64,000 bases of DNA. Origin: Alphaproteobacteria bacterium. Its GTDB lineage: Bacteria > Pseudomonadota > Alphaproteobacteria > UBA828. The notes under the pieces were generated by a model. That model ran no database searches, was not told where the DNA came from, and was given only the letters and a program-made list of their open reading frames with translations. Numbering within the stretch: the stretch's first letter is position 1; the number at the start of each line of letters is the position of its first letter. Below, in pieces: positions 8,172 through 18,123 of this stretch. The DNA lies in NCBI GenBank assembly GCA_965221125.1, contig CBDCRW010000004.1, forward strand, positions 32,001 through 96,000, written 5' to 3'. The translations under genes and the position numbers were made by a program.

Positions 8172-9035
8172 ATGAAATTCGACGGCCGCGTGCCTGGCCG
8201 CATCGTCCGGCTGGCCGCCGTATTGGCGTTCGCGCTCGTGCTGGCTATCGCGGGGGCACGGGCCGGCGAGTTCATCACCGTCGCATCGACGACCTCGACC
8301 CAGAACGCCGGCCTCTTCGACCACCTGCTGCCGCTGTTCGAGGCCGAGACCGGGATCGAGGTGCGCGTCGTCGCCGTCGGGACCGGCCAGGCGCTCCGGC
8401 TCGCGCGGAACGGCGATGCCGACCTGCTGCTGGTGCACGACAGGCCTTCCGAAGAGGCCTTCGTCGCCGAGGGCCACGGCAGCGCGCGCTTCGACCTGAT
8501 GTACAACGACTTCGTCCTGGTGGGCCCGGCACGCGATCCGGCCGGGATCGCAGGCGCGTCCGACGCGGCCGCAGCGCTCGGCCGGATCGCCGAGGCGGAA
8601 GCGCCTTTCGTCAGCCGGGGCGACGACAGCGGCACCCACCGGCGCGAACGCGCGCTCTGGGCAGCCGCGGGCCTGGACCCCACCGGCGCGTCCGGCACCT
8701 GGTACCGCGAGGCCGGCCAGGGCATGGGGGCGACGCTCAACGCAGCCACGATGATGGAGGCCTACACGCTCGCCGATCGCGGCACATGGCTCTCCATGCG
8801 TGGCAGGCTCGATCTGCGCCTCCTGGTCGAGGGCGGTGACGGGCTGCGCAACCAGTACGGCGTGACCCTCGTGAGCGCCGAGAAGCACCCCCACGTCAAC
8901 GCGGCGTCCGCGCGGCGCTTCGCCGAATGGCTCATCTCGCCGGCAGGCCAGGCGGCCATCGGCGGGTTCACCATCGACGGCGAGCGACTCTTCATCCCCA
9001 ACGCGGACTGGACACGGGACGCGCCGTCCGGATAA
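8172..9035 (+). CDS. tupA: Tungstate-binding periplasmic protein
   Basis: ASTTSTQNAGL (TTTS-like motif), VAVGTGQAL, DADLLLVH, MYNDFVLVGP, FVSRGDDSGTH. Confidence 0.9.
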   Translation: MKFDGRVPGRIVRLAAVLAFALVLAIAGARAGEFITVASTTSTQNAGLFDHLLPLFEAETGIEVRVVAVGTGQALRLARNGDADLLLVHDRPSEEAFVAEGHGSARFDLMYNDFVLVGPARDPAGIAGASDAAAALGRIAEAEAPFVSRGDDSGTHRRERALWAAAGLDPTGASGTWYREAGQGMGATLNAATMMEAYTLADRGTWLSMRGRLDLRLLVEGGDGLRNQYGVTLVSAEKHPHVNAASARRFAEWLISPAGQAAIGGFTIDGERLFIPNADWTRDAPSG

Positions 9036-9083
9036 GTCCGGAATAGTCCGGGTTCTTCCGGCAACGCGAGCGGAGGCCGGCTG

Positions 9084-10400
9084 ATGGCGGTCAGGATTCT
9101 ACCCAGGGAAGACGCCACCAACGGCTGGAGCCGCATCCTGCCGCCCCGCGCACCCACGCCTGCGCTCAAGGGCGACGTGCGCGCAGACTGGCTCGTGGTG
9201 GGCGCGGGCTTCGCGGGCCTCGCCGCAGCGCGCCGCCTCGCCGAGAACCGGCCCGACGACTACATCGTGCTGCTGGACGCGCACGAGGTCGGCGAAGGCG
9301 CCTCCGGGCGCAACTCGGGCTTCGCCATCGACCTGCCGCACAACGTCGGCGGCGAGTTCGAGGAGCTTACCGGCGCGCACGGCTACATCCGCCTCAGCCG
9401 CGCGGCGATCGACTATCTCGACGCCTGCGTGACGCAGAACGGGATCGACTGCGCCTACACCCATCGCGGCAAGTATCATGCCGCCCGCACCGAGCTCGGC
9501 CGCGAGAAGATCCTGGCGCCCTTCGCGCGCACGCTCGATTCCCTGGGCGAGCCCTATCGCTGGGTCGAGGCCGACGAGCTGAAGCGCGAGCTCGGCACGT
9601 CCTACCATACGTCTGCGCTCTACACGCCGGGCGGGCGGCTCATGAACCCGGCGGGGCTCACCAAGGGCCTCGCCGACACGCTGCCGGCAAACGTCACGCT
9701 GCACGAGCACACGCCGGTGATGGAAGTCGAGGAGCGGAACGGCATCCGTGCGACCACGCCCGGCGGCAGCGTCGCCGCCCAGGCCATGGTGCTCGCGGTC
9801 AACGGCTACGCGCCGCAGTTCTCGGTCTTCAAGGGCTCGCTGCTGACCTTCGCCGCCCACGGCAGCCTGACCCGGCCGCTCACGGACGCCGAGCACCAGG
9901 CGCTCGGCGGCGTGGACGACTGGGGGCTCACGCCCGCCAACTCCCACATCAGCGTCACCATGCGCTACACGACGGAGCGTCGCATCCTCATCCGCCAGCG
10001 CTTCTTCTACGCGCCGAAGCTCCGCCGCCCCGATGGCGAGATGGAGACCATCCGCCGCGACCACCAGCGGGCCTTCGACGTGCGCTTCCCCATGCTGCCG
10101 GAGGTGAAGATCGAGCACACCTGGCGGGGCTACGTCTGCCTCTCGCGCAACCACGCGCCGGGCTTCGGCAAGGTGGGCCCCCACACTTTCGCCGCGGTTT
10201 GCCAGAACGGAATCGGCGTCACCAAGGGCACGATCTCGGGCGTGCTTGCGGCGGACATGGCGACCGGCCAGGACAACCCGCTCATCGCCGACCTGGAGGA
10301 GCAGGGCAGGCCCGACCCGCTGCCGCCGGCGCCGCTCACCTACCTCGGCGTCCGCGCCCGCCTCGCCCTCGACAACATCCGCTGGCGCCGCGAGCGTTAG
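9084..10400 (+). CDS. FAD-dependent oxidoreductase, DAO family (PuuB/OrdL-like amine oxidase)
   Basis: VVGAGFAGLAAA Rossmann motif; GASGRNSGF; CQNGIGVTKGT. Confidence 0.85.
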   Translation: MAVRILPREDATNGWSRILPPRAPTPALKGDVRADWLVVGAGFAGLAAARRLAENRPDDYIVLLDAHEVGEGASGRNSGFAIDLPHNVGGEFEELTGAHGYIRLSRAAIDYLDACVTQNGIDCAYTHRGKYHAARTELGREKILAPFARTLDSLGEPYRWVEADELKRELGTSYHTSALYTPGGRLMNPAGLTKGLADTLPANVTLHEHTPVMEVEERNGIRATTPGGSVAAQAMVLAVNGYAPQFSVFKGSLLTFAAHGSLTRPLTDAEHQALGGVDDWGLTPANSHISVTMRYTTERRILIRQRFFYAPKLRRPDGEMETIRRDHQRAFDVRFPMLPEVKIEHTWRGYVCLSRNHAPGFGKVGPHTFAAVCQNGIGVTKGTISGVLAADMATGQDNPLIADLEEQGRPDPLPPAPLTYLGVRARLALDNIRWRRER

Positions 10401-10402
10401 CT

Positions 10403-11443
10403 TTACCGCCGCTCCCTGCGGGCTGCGCGCGCGATGCGGAGCAGGGCGTCGGAGCAGATCGCCGCAGGCGTGCCGCCGGAGACCTTGCAGTCGCGCTCGG
10501 CGCGGGTCAGCAGGCCCAGCCCGCCGGCCGCCCGCGCGCTCGGCCAGCGCGCCAGCTCCTGGGCGAAGGCGGCGCGCTCCCGGGGGAAGACCGGCGGCTT
10601 CAGCGCGCCCATCGCGTCCGACCGGCTGGCGCCGCTCTCCATCGCGCCCGCGACGCGATGAAGGCGTGCGAGCCTGCGGGCGGCAGCGCGAAGCAGGGTG
10701 ATCGGCTGAGCGCCGCCGTAGAGCGCGCGCGACATGGCGCGGTCCAGCCCTTCGAGGTCGCCGGCCACCGCGAGCCGCGCGACCGCGTCCGCCGAGGCTT
10801 CGGCCGCATCGCCGACGCAGGCCTCCGCCACCTCCATCGTGAGCACGCTGCCTTCGGGTCCCGGATCGCCGAGGAAGACCGCGAGCTTCTCGACCCCGTT
10901 CTCGATCTGGCGGCGGTCGGCACCTAGGCGCTCGGCGAGCCAGGCGACCGTCTCGGGCGCCGCCGAGATCCGCCGCTCTGCGCAGAAGGCCTCGATCAGC
11001 GTCCGGGCGCCCTCGGCGCTCTCGTCGTAGCAGGGGATGGCGGCGAGGCTTTGCTCCTGCTCGCAGAGCTTCCTGAGCCCGGAGCGTGGCGTGAGCGGGC
11101 CGGCTTCGGCCACCACCAGGCTCTCCACGCCGGGCAGGGCGAGGCACGAGCGGACCGCCGGCACCACCGCCTCGGTCACCCCGCGCAGGCGCACCGCGCG
11201 GCGGCCGCCTGTGAGCGCCATCGCCGCCGCCTCGTCGGCGAGCCTGCCCGGCTCGTCTCGGAGCAGCGCCGGGTCCAGGGTGCTGACGCGGAAGGGATCG
11301 TCCGGATCCTCCGCCACCGCGCGCACGCACGCTTCGGCGCGGGCCCGCACCAGCCCTTCGTTGGACCCGTAGATCAGCACCAGCCGGATGCCCGCGTCCG
11401 GCGCGGCGCAGAAGCGGTCGGCGCGGGCCGGCGCGATCTTCAC
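10403..11443 (-). CDS. holA: DNA polymerase III delta subunit
   Basis: LIYGSNEGLV...LADEAAAM...LRKLCE...AIPCY; canonical leuS-lptE-holA synteny. Confidence 0.9.
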   Translation of the reverse strand: MKIAPARADRFCAAPDAGIRLVLIYGSNEGLVRARAEACVRAVAEDPDDPFRVSTLDPALLRDEPGRLADEAAAMALTGGRRAVRLRGVTEAVVPAVRSCLALPGVESLVVAEAGPLTPRSGLRKLCEQEQSLAAIPCYDESAEGARTLIEAFCAERRISAAPETVAWLAERLGADRRQIENGVEKLAVFLGDPGPEGSVLTMEVAEACVGDAAEASADAVARLAVAGDLEGLDRAMSRALYGGAQPITLLRAAARRLARLHRVAGAMESGASRSDAMGALKPPVFPRERAAFAQELARWPSARAAGGLGLLTRAERDCKVSGGTPAAICSDALLRIARAARRERR

Positions 11444-11480
11444 GGCTTGCCGGCGGGCGGGGTGGAGGATCGCGCGCGCC

Positions 11481-12020
11481 TCATCGGCGCAGATGGAGCA
11501 GGATCAGCGTGAGTATGTCCTCGCTCAGCACCCGCGCGGCCTCCTCCGCAGCGTCCTGCTCGGCGGTCGCGGTGGCGAACCCGGACTCCACCACGTTGAA
11601 GCTCCCGGTCGCTCGCGCGTGATCCCTGTAGACCTCCACACCGTCGCGGTCCGTGAGCGAGAACGTGGCGCGGAGCGTCAGGTTGAACCGGGTCGCCCTG
11701 TCGTCGAGCTGGATCAGCAGCGGCGTCTTGCTCTGCTCGACCGAGAACGCCAGGCGGTAGTCGGGCTGCCTCGGCTGTCCTCTCGGGGTGAGGCCGTCGA
11801 TGAGGTGGTTGCGCACGATGTGGCCGATGCGGTCCTTGACCGGCGCAATCTCGATCGCCGCCGCGCCGCCGCCCCGTTCCTCGCCGGCGCGGGAGCCATA
11901 GAGCGGCTCGACGGCGCAGGCGCCGAGAACGACGAGGGCAAGGACGAGAGCGAGGACGGGTATCGGCCGGCGCCAGGCGCGCGCCGTGAAGCGGACAAGC
12001 GGCCGGTCAGGTGACGACAT
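11481..12020 (-). CDS. lptE: LPS assembly lipoprotein
   Basis: Lipobox LGAC followed by EPLYG; position between leuS and holA. Confidence 0.85.
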   Translation of the reverse strand: MSSPDRPLVRFTARAWRRPIPVLALVLALVVLGACAVEPLYGSRAGEERGGGAAAIEIAPVKDRIGHIVRNHLIDGLTPRGQPRQPDYRLAFSVEQSKTPLLIQLDDRATRFNLTLRATFSLTDRDGVEVYRDHARATGSFNVVESGFATATAEQDAAEEAARVLSEDILTLILLHLRR

Positions 12021-14574
12021 TCACGATCCGTCCGGGCACGACGATCACCTTGCGCACGTCCCGCCCGCCGATCGCCCGGCGCACGCCGCCGTCCGCCATC
12101 GCGGCGCTTTCCGCCGCCGCCTTGTCGTGATCGGCCGGGAGCGAGATCGTCGCGCGCTTCTTGCCGTCCACCTGCACCGCGACGACCACGACGTCGTCGG
12201 CAAGCAATGCCGGGTCGGCTTCCGGCCACGGCTCGCGGGCGAGCCACGTGTCATGGCCGAGACGGCGCCAGGCCTCTTCGGCGAGATGCGGCACGACCGG
12301 GCCCAGCAGGCGGATGGCCGTCTCCAGGCCGTCGCGCATCACGTGGCCAGCGCCAGGCGCGTCGTCGATGGCGGCAAGCGCGTTCGTCAGCTCGCGCACG
12401 CGCGCGACCGCGCGGTTGAAGCGAAAGCGTTCCAGGTCCTCGGTCACGCCGGCGATCGTCTTGTGGATGGTCCGGCGCAGCCCGCGCAACGGCGGGGCCA
12501 GCGCGTCGTTGGCCGGCGGCACCGCGTCGCAGGGCGCCAGCGCGACCGGGGGCGCGGTGACGAGGCGCCAGAGCTGGGCGACGTAGCGCCACGCGCCCTT
12601 GACGCCGGTGTCGGTCCACTCCAGGTCGCGCTCCGGCGGGCTGTCGGAGAGCATGAAGAGCCGCGCCGTGTCGGCACCGTAGGCCTCGATGATCGCTTCG
12701 GGGTCCACGGTGTTGCGCTTGGACTTGCTCATCGCCTCGGAGCGGCCGGTGGCGATGGGGCGCCCGTCCTCCCGTGTCACCAGGGTGCCCGCGCGGGTCT
12801 CGACCTCGTCGGGGTAGTACCAGCGCCCGTCCTCGTCGCGGTAGGTCTCGTGGCACACCATGCCTTGCGTGAAGAGGCCGGCGAAGGGCTCCTCGATGTC
12901 GAGGTGGCCGCAGAGCTTGAGCGCCTTGGTGAAGAAGCGCGAGTAGAGCAGGTGCAGCACCGCGTGCTCGATGCCGCCGATGTACTGGTCCACCGGCAGC
13001 CACGGTGCCACGTCGCTCTGCGGCAGCGGCTCGTCGGCGCGGGCCGCGCAGAAGCGCGCGAAGTACCACGAGGAATCGACGAAGGTATCCATGGTGTCGG
13101 TGTCCCGCTCCGCGGCGCCGCCGCAGCGTGGGCACGTGGTGTGCTTCCAGGTGGGGTGGCGGTCGAGAGGATTGCCCGGTGTGTCGAAGGTCACGTCCTC
13201 CGGCAGGCGCACGGGGAGCTCCGCGCGCGGCACCGGCACCACGCCGCACGACGGGCAATGGACCATGGGGATCGGGCAGCCCCAGTAGCGCTGCCGCGAA
13301 ATCAGCCAGTCGCGCAGGCGGTAGCTGACCGCGGACCCGCCGGCGCCGCGTTCGGCCAGCGCGTCCACGGCGCGCGCCTTGGCGTCGGCCACCGAGAGCC
13401 CGTCGAGGAAGTCGGAGTTGATGGCCGTTCCATCGCCGACGTAGGCCTCGTCGCCGATCTCGACCGACGCCGAATCCTCGCCGGTTGGGCACACCACGGG
13501 GATGACGGGCAAGCCCTGGCTGCGGGCGAAATCGAGGTCGCGCTGGTCGTGGGCGGGGCAGCCGAAGATCGCGCCGGTGCCGTAGTCCATCAGCACGAAG
13601 TTGGCGACGTAGAGCGGCAGCGTGCGCTCGGCGTCGAAGGGATGGCGGACCCTGACGCCGGTATCGTAGCCGCGTTTGCCCGCGGCCTCGATGTCACGCT
13701 CGCCGACGCCGGCGAGGTTGCACTCGGCGATGAATTCGGCGAGCGCCGGCTCGGACTCGGCCAGCGCCGTCGCCAGCGGGTGATTGGGCGAGAGCGCGCA
13801 GAAGGACGCGCCGAACAGCGTATCCGGGCGCGTGGTGAAGACCTCCAGCGCCTCGTCGCGCCCCTCGATGGGGAAGAGGATGCGTGCGCCGTCGGAGCGC
13901 CCGATCCAGTTGCGCTGCATGAGCCGCACCTTGTCGGGCCAGCGCGGCAGCTCCTCCAGCGCCTCCAGCAGCTCGTCGGCGAAGCGGGTGATGCGGAAGA
14001 ACCACTGCGCGAGCCGGCGCTTCTCGATCAGCGCGCCCGAGCGCCAACCGCGCCCGTCCACCACCTGCTCGTTGGCGAGCACCGTGCGGTCGACGGGGTC
14101 CCAGTTGACCCACGCCTCCTTCTTCTCGACCAGCCCGGCCTCGTGGAAATCGAGGAACAACGCCTGCTGGTGCTCGTAGTAGCCGGGGTGGCAGGTCGCG
14201 AACTCGCGCTCCCAGTCGATCGAGAGCCCCATGAGCTGCAGTTGGCCCCGCATGGTCGCGATGTTCGCGTAGGTCCACTCGGCGGGATGGACGCCTCGCT
14301 CGAACGCCGCGTTCTCCGCCGGCAGGCCGAAGGCGTCCCAGCCCATGGGATGGAGGACGTCGAAGCCCCGCGCCCGCTTGTAGCGCGCCACGACGTCGCC
14401 CATGGTGTAGTTGCGGACGTGGCCCATGTGGATGCGGCCGGAGGGGTAGGGAAACATCTCGAGCACGTAGTAGCTCGGGCGTCCGTCGCTCCGCTCCGCC
14501 CGGAACAGACCCGCGTCCTCCCAGGCGGCCTGCCACTTGGCTTCCACCGCCTGCGCGTCGTAACGCTCGCTCAT
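12007..14574 (-). CDS. leuS: Leucine--tRNA ligase
   Basis: [13 protein letters not shown] (HIGH-like), [15 protein letters not shown] editing domain, AMSKS (KMSKS-like). Confidence 0.98.
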   Translation of the reverse strand: MSERYDAQAVEAKWQAAWEDAGLFRAERSDGRPSYYVLEMFPYPSGRIHMGHVRNYTMGDVVARYKRARGFDVLHPMGWDAFGLPAENAAFERGVHPAEWTYANIATMRGQLQLMGLSIDWEREFATCHPGYYEHQQALFLDFHEAGLVEKKEAWVNWDPVDRTVLANEQVVDGRGWRSGALIEKRRLAQWFFRITRFADELLEALEELPRWPDKVRLMQRNWIGRSDGARILFPIEGRDEALEVFTTRPDTLFGASFCALSPNHPLATALAESEPALAEFIAECNLAGVGERDIEAAGKRGYDTGVRVRHPFDAERTLPLYVANFVLMDYGTGAIFGCPAHDQRDLDFARSQGLPVIPVVCPTGEDSASVEIGDEAYVGDGTAINSDFLDGLSVADAKARAVDALAERGAGGSAVSYRLRDWLISRQRYWGCPIPMVHCPSCGVVPVPRAELPVRLPEDVTFDTPGNPLDRHPTWKHTTCPRCGGAAERDTDTMDTFVDSSWYFARFCAARADEPLPQSDVAPWLPVDQYIGGIEHAVLHLLYSRFFTKALKLCGHLDIEEPFAGLFTQGMVCHETYRDEDGRWYYPDEVETRAGTLVTREDGRPIATGRSEAMSKSKRNTVDPEAIIEAYGADTARLFMLSDSPPERDLEWTDTGVKGAWRYVAQLWRLVTAPPVALAPCDAVPPANDALAPPLRGLRRTIHKTIAGVTEDLERFRFNRAVARVRELTNALAAIDDAPGAGHVMRDGLETAIRLLGPVVPHLAEEAWRRLGHDTWLAREPWPEADPALLADDVVVVAVQVDGKKRATISLPADHDKAAAESAAMADGGVRRAIGGRDVRKVIVVPGRIVNVVT

Positions 14575-14689
14575 CGGCTACGCTCGCTCCATCGTTCCGG
14601 CGGTTGCCGGAGAGCGGCGTCCCTATAGCATGACGGGCCGGGCAGCGCAGCCGCAGCGCGCGAACGGCCTCCCGGCGCTGAACCTTGGG

Positions 14690-15211
14690 CTATTGGATCG
14701 ACGCGGTGCGGATCTGCCTGGCGCGGTCGAGAATCTTGTCTTCCAGGCTGATGGCGGTGTCCGGGCTGGTCGCGCGGTCCTCCCACACGCCGCCGTCGCC
14801 GCGCTCCTGGCGGAACACGGTGACCTGCACGCCGTCCGAGCGCAGCGATCTCGTCAGGATGTAGACGGTCATCTTGAAGCGCTCGTCAGGGGTCTCGGGC
14901 GGCGCGTACCAGTCGGTGATGATGACACCGCCGAAGGGGTCGGCCGAGAGCAGAGGCATGAACGAGATGGTGTCGAGCGTCGCGCGCCAGAGGAAGGCAT
15001 TGACGCCGATGCCGACGGCCCCCGACGCGTCGTCCTCGTCGCCGAACAGCGAAAGGCCGCCGGGGCCGAAAATGCTCTCCTGGGAGGTGTTGCGCAGCCG
15101 CGGATCCACCGACGGATCCGGGACGGGCTCCACATTCTCGCAGCCGGCCCCCGCCAGGGCCAACAGCAGGATGCCCGCGAGCATCCCCTTACCGATGTGC
15201 GAGCGCCTCAT
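14690..15211 (-). CDS. DUF3576-family lipoprotein
   Basis: GVNAFLWRATLDTISFMPLLSADPFGGVIITDWY; usual neighbour upstream of alphaproteobacterial leuS. Confidence 0.85.
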   Translation of the reverse strand: MRRSHIGKGMLAGILLLALAGAGCENVEPVPDPSVDPRLRNTSQESIFGPGGLSLFGDEDDASGAVGIGVNAFLWRATLDTISFMPLLSADPFGGVIITDWYAPPETPDERFKMTVYILTRSLRSDGVQVTVFRQERGDGGVWEDRATSPDTAISLEDKILDRARQIRTASIQ

Positions 15212-15323
15212 TCCGGCTGCCCCCTTTGACCGTGCATGGACGACTTTTACCACGAGGCACGCACGCACCGCAGCAGAATCGAGGCGGCGCCACAAGGTAA
15301 CTTTCCCTGCAGAGGGAAGAAGT

Positions 15324-15397
15324 TGGAGGCCGAGGCCGGAATCGAACCGGCGTACACGGATTTGCAGTCCGCTGCATAGCCACTCTGCCACCCGGCC
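15324..15397 (-). tRNA. tRNA-Cys(GCA)
   Basis: GGCCGGGTGGCAGAGTGGCTATGCAGCGGACTGCAAATCCGTGTACGCCGGTTCGATTCCGGCCTCGGCCTCCA: 74-nt cloverleaf with GCA anticodon and CCA end. Confidence 0.97.
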
Positions 15398-15474
15398 TCA
15401 GGCGCGCATACCGGCGTCCGCGCTTCAATTAGGCGTCGCCGAGCGGCAGGGTCAACCGTCTTGATTCCGGTCAC

Positions 15475-15648
15475 ATGGCGTTTCCGTCCTGGCCGGAAGC
15501 GCCATGGGAATTTATCGCTCACGGCAATCGGCCGTCGCGCGATTCCGCGCGCCTGCCGGCGCGACGGCCGATGCCTGCGCGGGCGCGCCGCATTCGCGGC
15601 GGGCCGCGGTCGCGGCCTGTCGCGCGTCCGTCGAAGGCGGACGCGCTC
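15475..15648 (+). repeat. Structured ~175-bp intergenic repeat, copy 1
   Basis: Colinear with 17873-18045 (shared TTATCGCTCACGGCA, GGCCGCGGTCGCGGCCTGTCGCGCGTCCG, CGGACGCGCTC); series of hairpins. Confidence 0.85.
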
Positions 15649-15726
15649 TCACGCAAGGGCGCGCTGCTGGCAGTCGGCCCGCCCCGCGGCTAAACTCGGC
15701 GGCCATCCATGGCAGGAGGACGCAGG

Positions 15727-16437
15727 ATGACGGCGGAGCTTTCGCGCGACGAGGAAGTCAGGCGGGCACTCGAGACGATCTTTGCCGCCGATTCCGAGAT
15801 TTACCAGACGCGGGGATTCCAGCGCCGCATCGGGTTCGGAACCAGGCCGGCGCTGCTGATCATCGACCTCGCCAACGCGTGGACCAGGCCGGGCCACAAC
15901 TTCACCTGCGACAACATGGAGGTGATCATCCCCGCGAATCAGCAGCTTCTGACTGCTGCGCGGGAGAAGAACATCCCCGTGATCTACACCACGACGGCCT
16001 ACCAGGACCCGACCGGGCCGCGTGCCGACACCGGGCTCTGGCACATGAAGATCCCGGTCGAGACCTTGCGCGAAGGCTCGCCCGAGGCCGCGATCGACGA
16101 GCGCATCGCGCCGATGCCCGAACGCGGCGAGCAGGTGATCGTGAAGAAGCGCGCGAGCGCGTTCCACGGCACCTACCTCGCGGGCTATCTCCGCGCCCAG
16201 CGGGTGGACACGGTGATCATCACCGGCGTCACCATGGCCGGCTGCGTGCGCCACTCCGCCGAAGACGCGATCGCCGAGGGCTTCCGCCCCATCGTCGTGC
16301 GCGAGGGTGTGGGCGACCGGGTGCCTGGCGTCGTCGAATGGAACCTGTTCGATATCGACGCCAAGTTCGGCGACGTCGAGCCGGTGGAGCGCGTCCTCGG
16401 CTATCTCGACGGCCTGGAGGCCTTCAGCAACGAATAG
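15727..16437 (+). CDS. Isochorismatase-family cysteine hydrolase (maleamate/N-carbamoylsarcosine amidase-like)
   Basis: RIGFGTRPALLIIDL (Asp), VKKRASAFHGT (Lys), GVTMAGCVR (Cys). Confidence 0.9.
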   Translation: MTAELSRDEEVRRALETIFAADSEIYQTRGFQRRIGFGTRPALLIIDLANAWTRPGHNFTCDNMEVIIPANQQLLTAAREKNIPVIYTTTAYQDPTGPRADTGLWHMKIPVETLREGSPEAAIDERIAPMPERGEQVIVKKRASAFHGTYLAGYLRAQRVDTVIITGVTMAGCVRHSAEDAIAEGFRPIVVREGVGDRVPGVVEWNLFDIDAKFGDVEPVERVLGYLDGLEAFSNE

Positions 16438-16448
16438 GAGCGCCCGAC

Positions 16449-17873
16449 ATGGCGGCTGCGGACCTCGACCTCTGTTACATGAGCGCGATCGAGGCGCTCG
16501 CCGCGTTCAAGGCGCGGACGCTCTCCCCTGTCGAGCTGATGAAGGCGGTGATCGCCCGCTGCGAGGCGGTCAACCCGGCGCTCAATCTCGTGACCTACAG
16601 CTATTTCGACCGCGCGCTCGAACAGGCGAAGGCGGCGGAGGCGCGCTACGGCAAGACCGACGGCCGGCTCAGGGCGCTCGAGGGGCTGCCCTTCGCGAGC
16701 AAGGACTACCACTCGATCAAGGGCGAGATCACCACGATTGGCTCCCGGATCATGGAGCACAACCGCCCCGATCACACCTATCCGGTCACCGAGCGCCTGA
16801 TGCGGGCCGGCGCGATCCTCCACATCCGCACCACGACGCCCGAGTTCGGCTACGCCGGGACCACCCACAGCCCGCTCTGGGGCGTGAGCCGCAATCCCTG
16901 GAACCCGGAGTACACGCCGGGCGGCTCGTCGGGCGGCAGCGGCGGCGCCGTCGCCGCCGGCATGACGACGATCGCGGACGGGGGCGACGGCGGCGGCTCG
17001 ATCCGCATTCCCGCTTCGGTGAACGGCCTCTTCGGCTTCAAGCCGCCCTACGGGCGCAATCCCAACGACACCGACGCCCCCCACATGTTCCTCGTCCAGA
17101 TCGGCGTGCTCACCCGCACGGTGGCGGAGTCGGCGCTGCTGCAGAACATCGTCTCCGGCCCGCACAGGGCGGATATCGAATCCCTCAGGACGCGTATCCG
17201 CCTGCCGCTCTCCTACGAGGGCATCCGGGGCTGGCGCATCGCGTACACGCCGGATCTCGGCTACGTCCAGGTCGACCCAGAGGTACAGGAGAACACCAGG
17301 AAGGCCGTGCAGGTCTTCCGCGATCTCGGCTGCGAGGTCGACGAGGTCGATCTCGGCTGGACCTCCGGCGTCCTCAACCAGTACCTGCGCCTCTTCGAGG
17401 TCTTCTTCGCCAGCGGCCTTCAGGACTATCTGCCCGAGTGGCGCTACGAGATGGACCCGAGAGTGGTCGACCTGGTGGCGAGGGGAAGCCGGGTCAGCGC
17501 CGTCGAGTTCGAGCGGGTCAACCGCACCCGCGGCGCGATGTACCAGAAGCTCGCGCCGATCCTGGATCGCTACGACGTCATGATTTGCCCGACCCTCGCC
17601 GTGCCGGCGGTCAAGGCGGACCACACCAACATGGACCAGGGCTTCACCATCAACGGCAAGCCTGTCGAGCCGCACCTGGGCTGGCTTCTCACCTACCCCT
17701 TCAACATGATGAACCAGTGCCCGGTCGCGAGCGTGCCGACGGGCTTCGCGAAGAGCGGCGTTCCCACCGGCTTGCAGATCGTGGGCCGCACCTACGACGA
17801 TACCCGCGTGTTCCGCGCGGCGGCGGCCTTCGAGGCGGCGACGAACTGGAGCCGCCATCGCCCGCCGGTTTAG
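16449..17873 (+). CDS. Amidase signature family protein
   Basis: GLPFASKD, TPGGSSGGS, GGDGGGSIRIPAS (Ser-cisSer-Lys triad). Confidence 0.92.
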   Translation: MAAADLDLCYMSAIEALAAFKARTLSPVELMKAVIARCEAVNPALNLVTYSYFDRALEQAKAAEARYGKTDGRLRALEGLPFASKDYHSIKGEITTIGSRIMEHNRPDHTYPVTERLMRAGAILHIRTTTPEFGYAGTTHSPLWGVSRNPWNPEYTPGGSSGGSGGAVAAGMTTIADGGDGGGSIRIPASVNGLFGFKPPYGRNPNDTDAPHMFLVQIGVLTRTVAESALLQNIVSGPHRADIESLRTRIRLPLSYEGIRGWRIAYTPDLGYVQVDPEVQENTRKAVQVFRDLGCEVDEVDLGWTSGVLNQYLRLFEVFFASGLQDYLPEWRYEMDPRVVDLVARGSRVSAVEFERVNRTRGAMYQKLAPILDRYDVMICPTLAVPAVKADHTNMDQGFTINGKPVEPHLGWLLTYPFNMMNQCPVASVPTGFAKSGVPTGLQIVGRTYDDTRVFRAAAAFEAATNWSRHRPPV

Positions 17874-18053
17874 AGCGTTTCCGCCTCAGCCGGAAACGCT
17901 CGGGTCATTATCGCTCACGGCAGCCGGCCAGTCGGCGCTTTCGCGCGCCTATCGGCGCGACCGGCCGGCGCCTCCGCGAGGGCGCCGCGTTCGCGGCAGG
18001 CCGCGGTCGCGGCCTGTCGCGCGTCCGCCAGGGTCGGACGCGCTCATGACCCG
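17873..18053 (+). repeat. Structured ~175-bp intergenic repeat, copy 2
   Basis: Direct-orientation homologue of 15475-15648; additionally closed by the CGGGTCAT...ATGACCCG inverted repeat. Confidence 0.85.
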
Positions 18054-18123
18054 CTCGGCCGTAGGGCGTCACGGCGGCGCGGCGCGGCGCTCCCCGCTCC
18101 GGCGGGAGCCGCTATAATGGGGC

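Noticed and set aside
15324-15397. tRNA-Cys as the island integration site
   Set aside because: No duplicate of its 3' end seen in the window, and its 3' side adjoins core DUF3576-leuS.
15475-18053. CRISPR array or IS-bounded composite transposon
   Set aside because: Only two long copies 2.4 kb apart; no spacers, cas genes or transposase.
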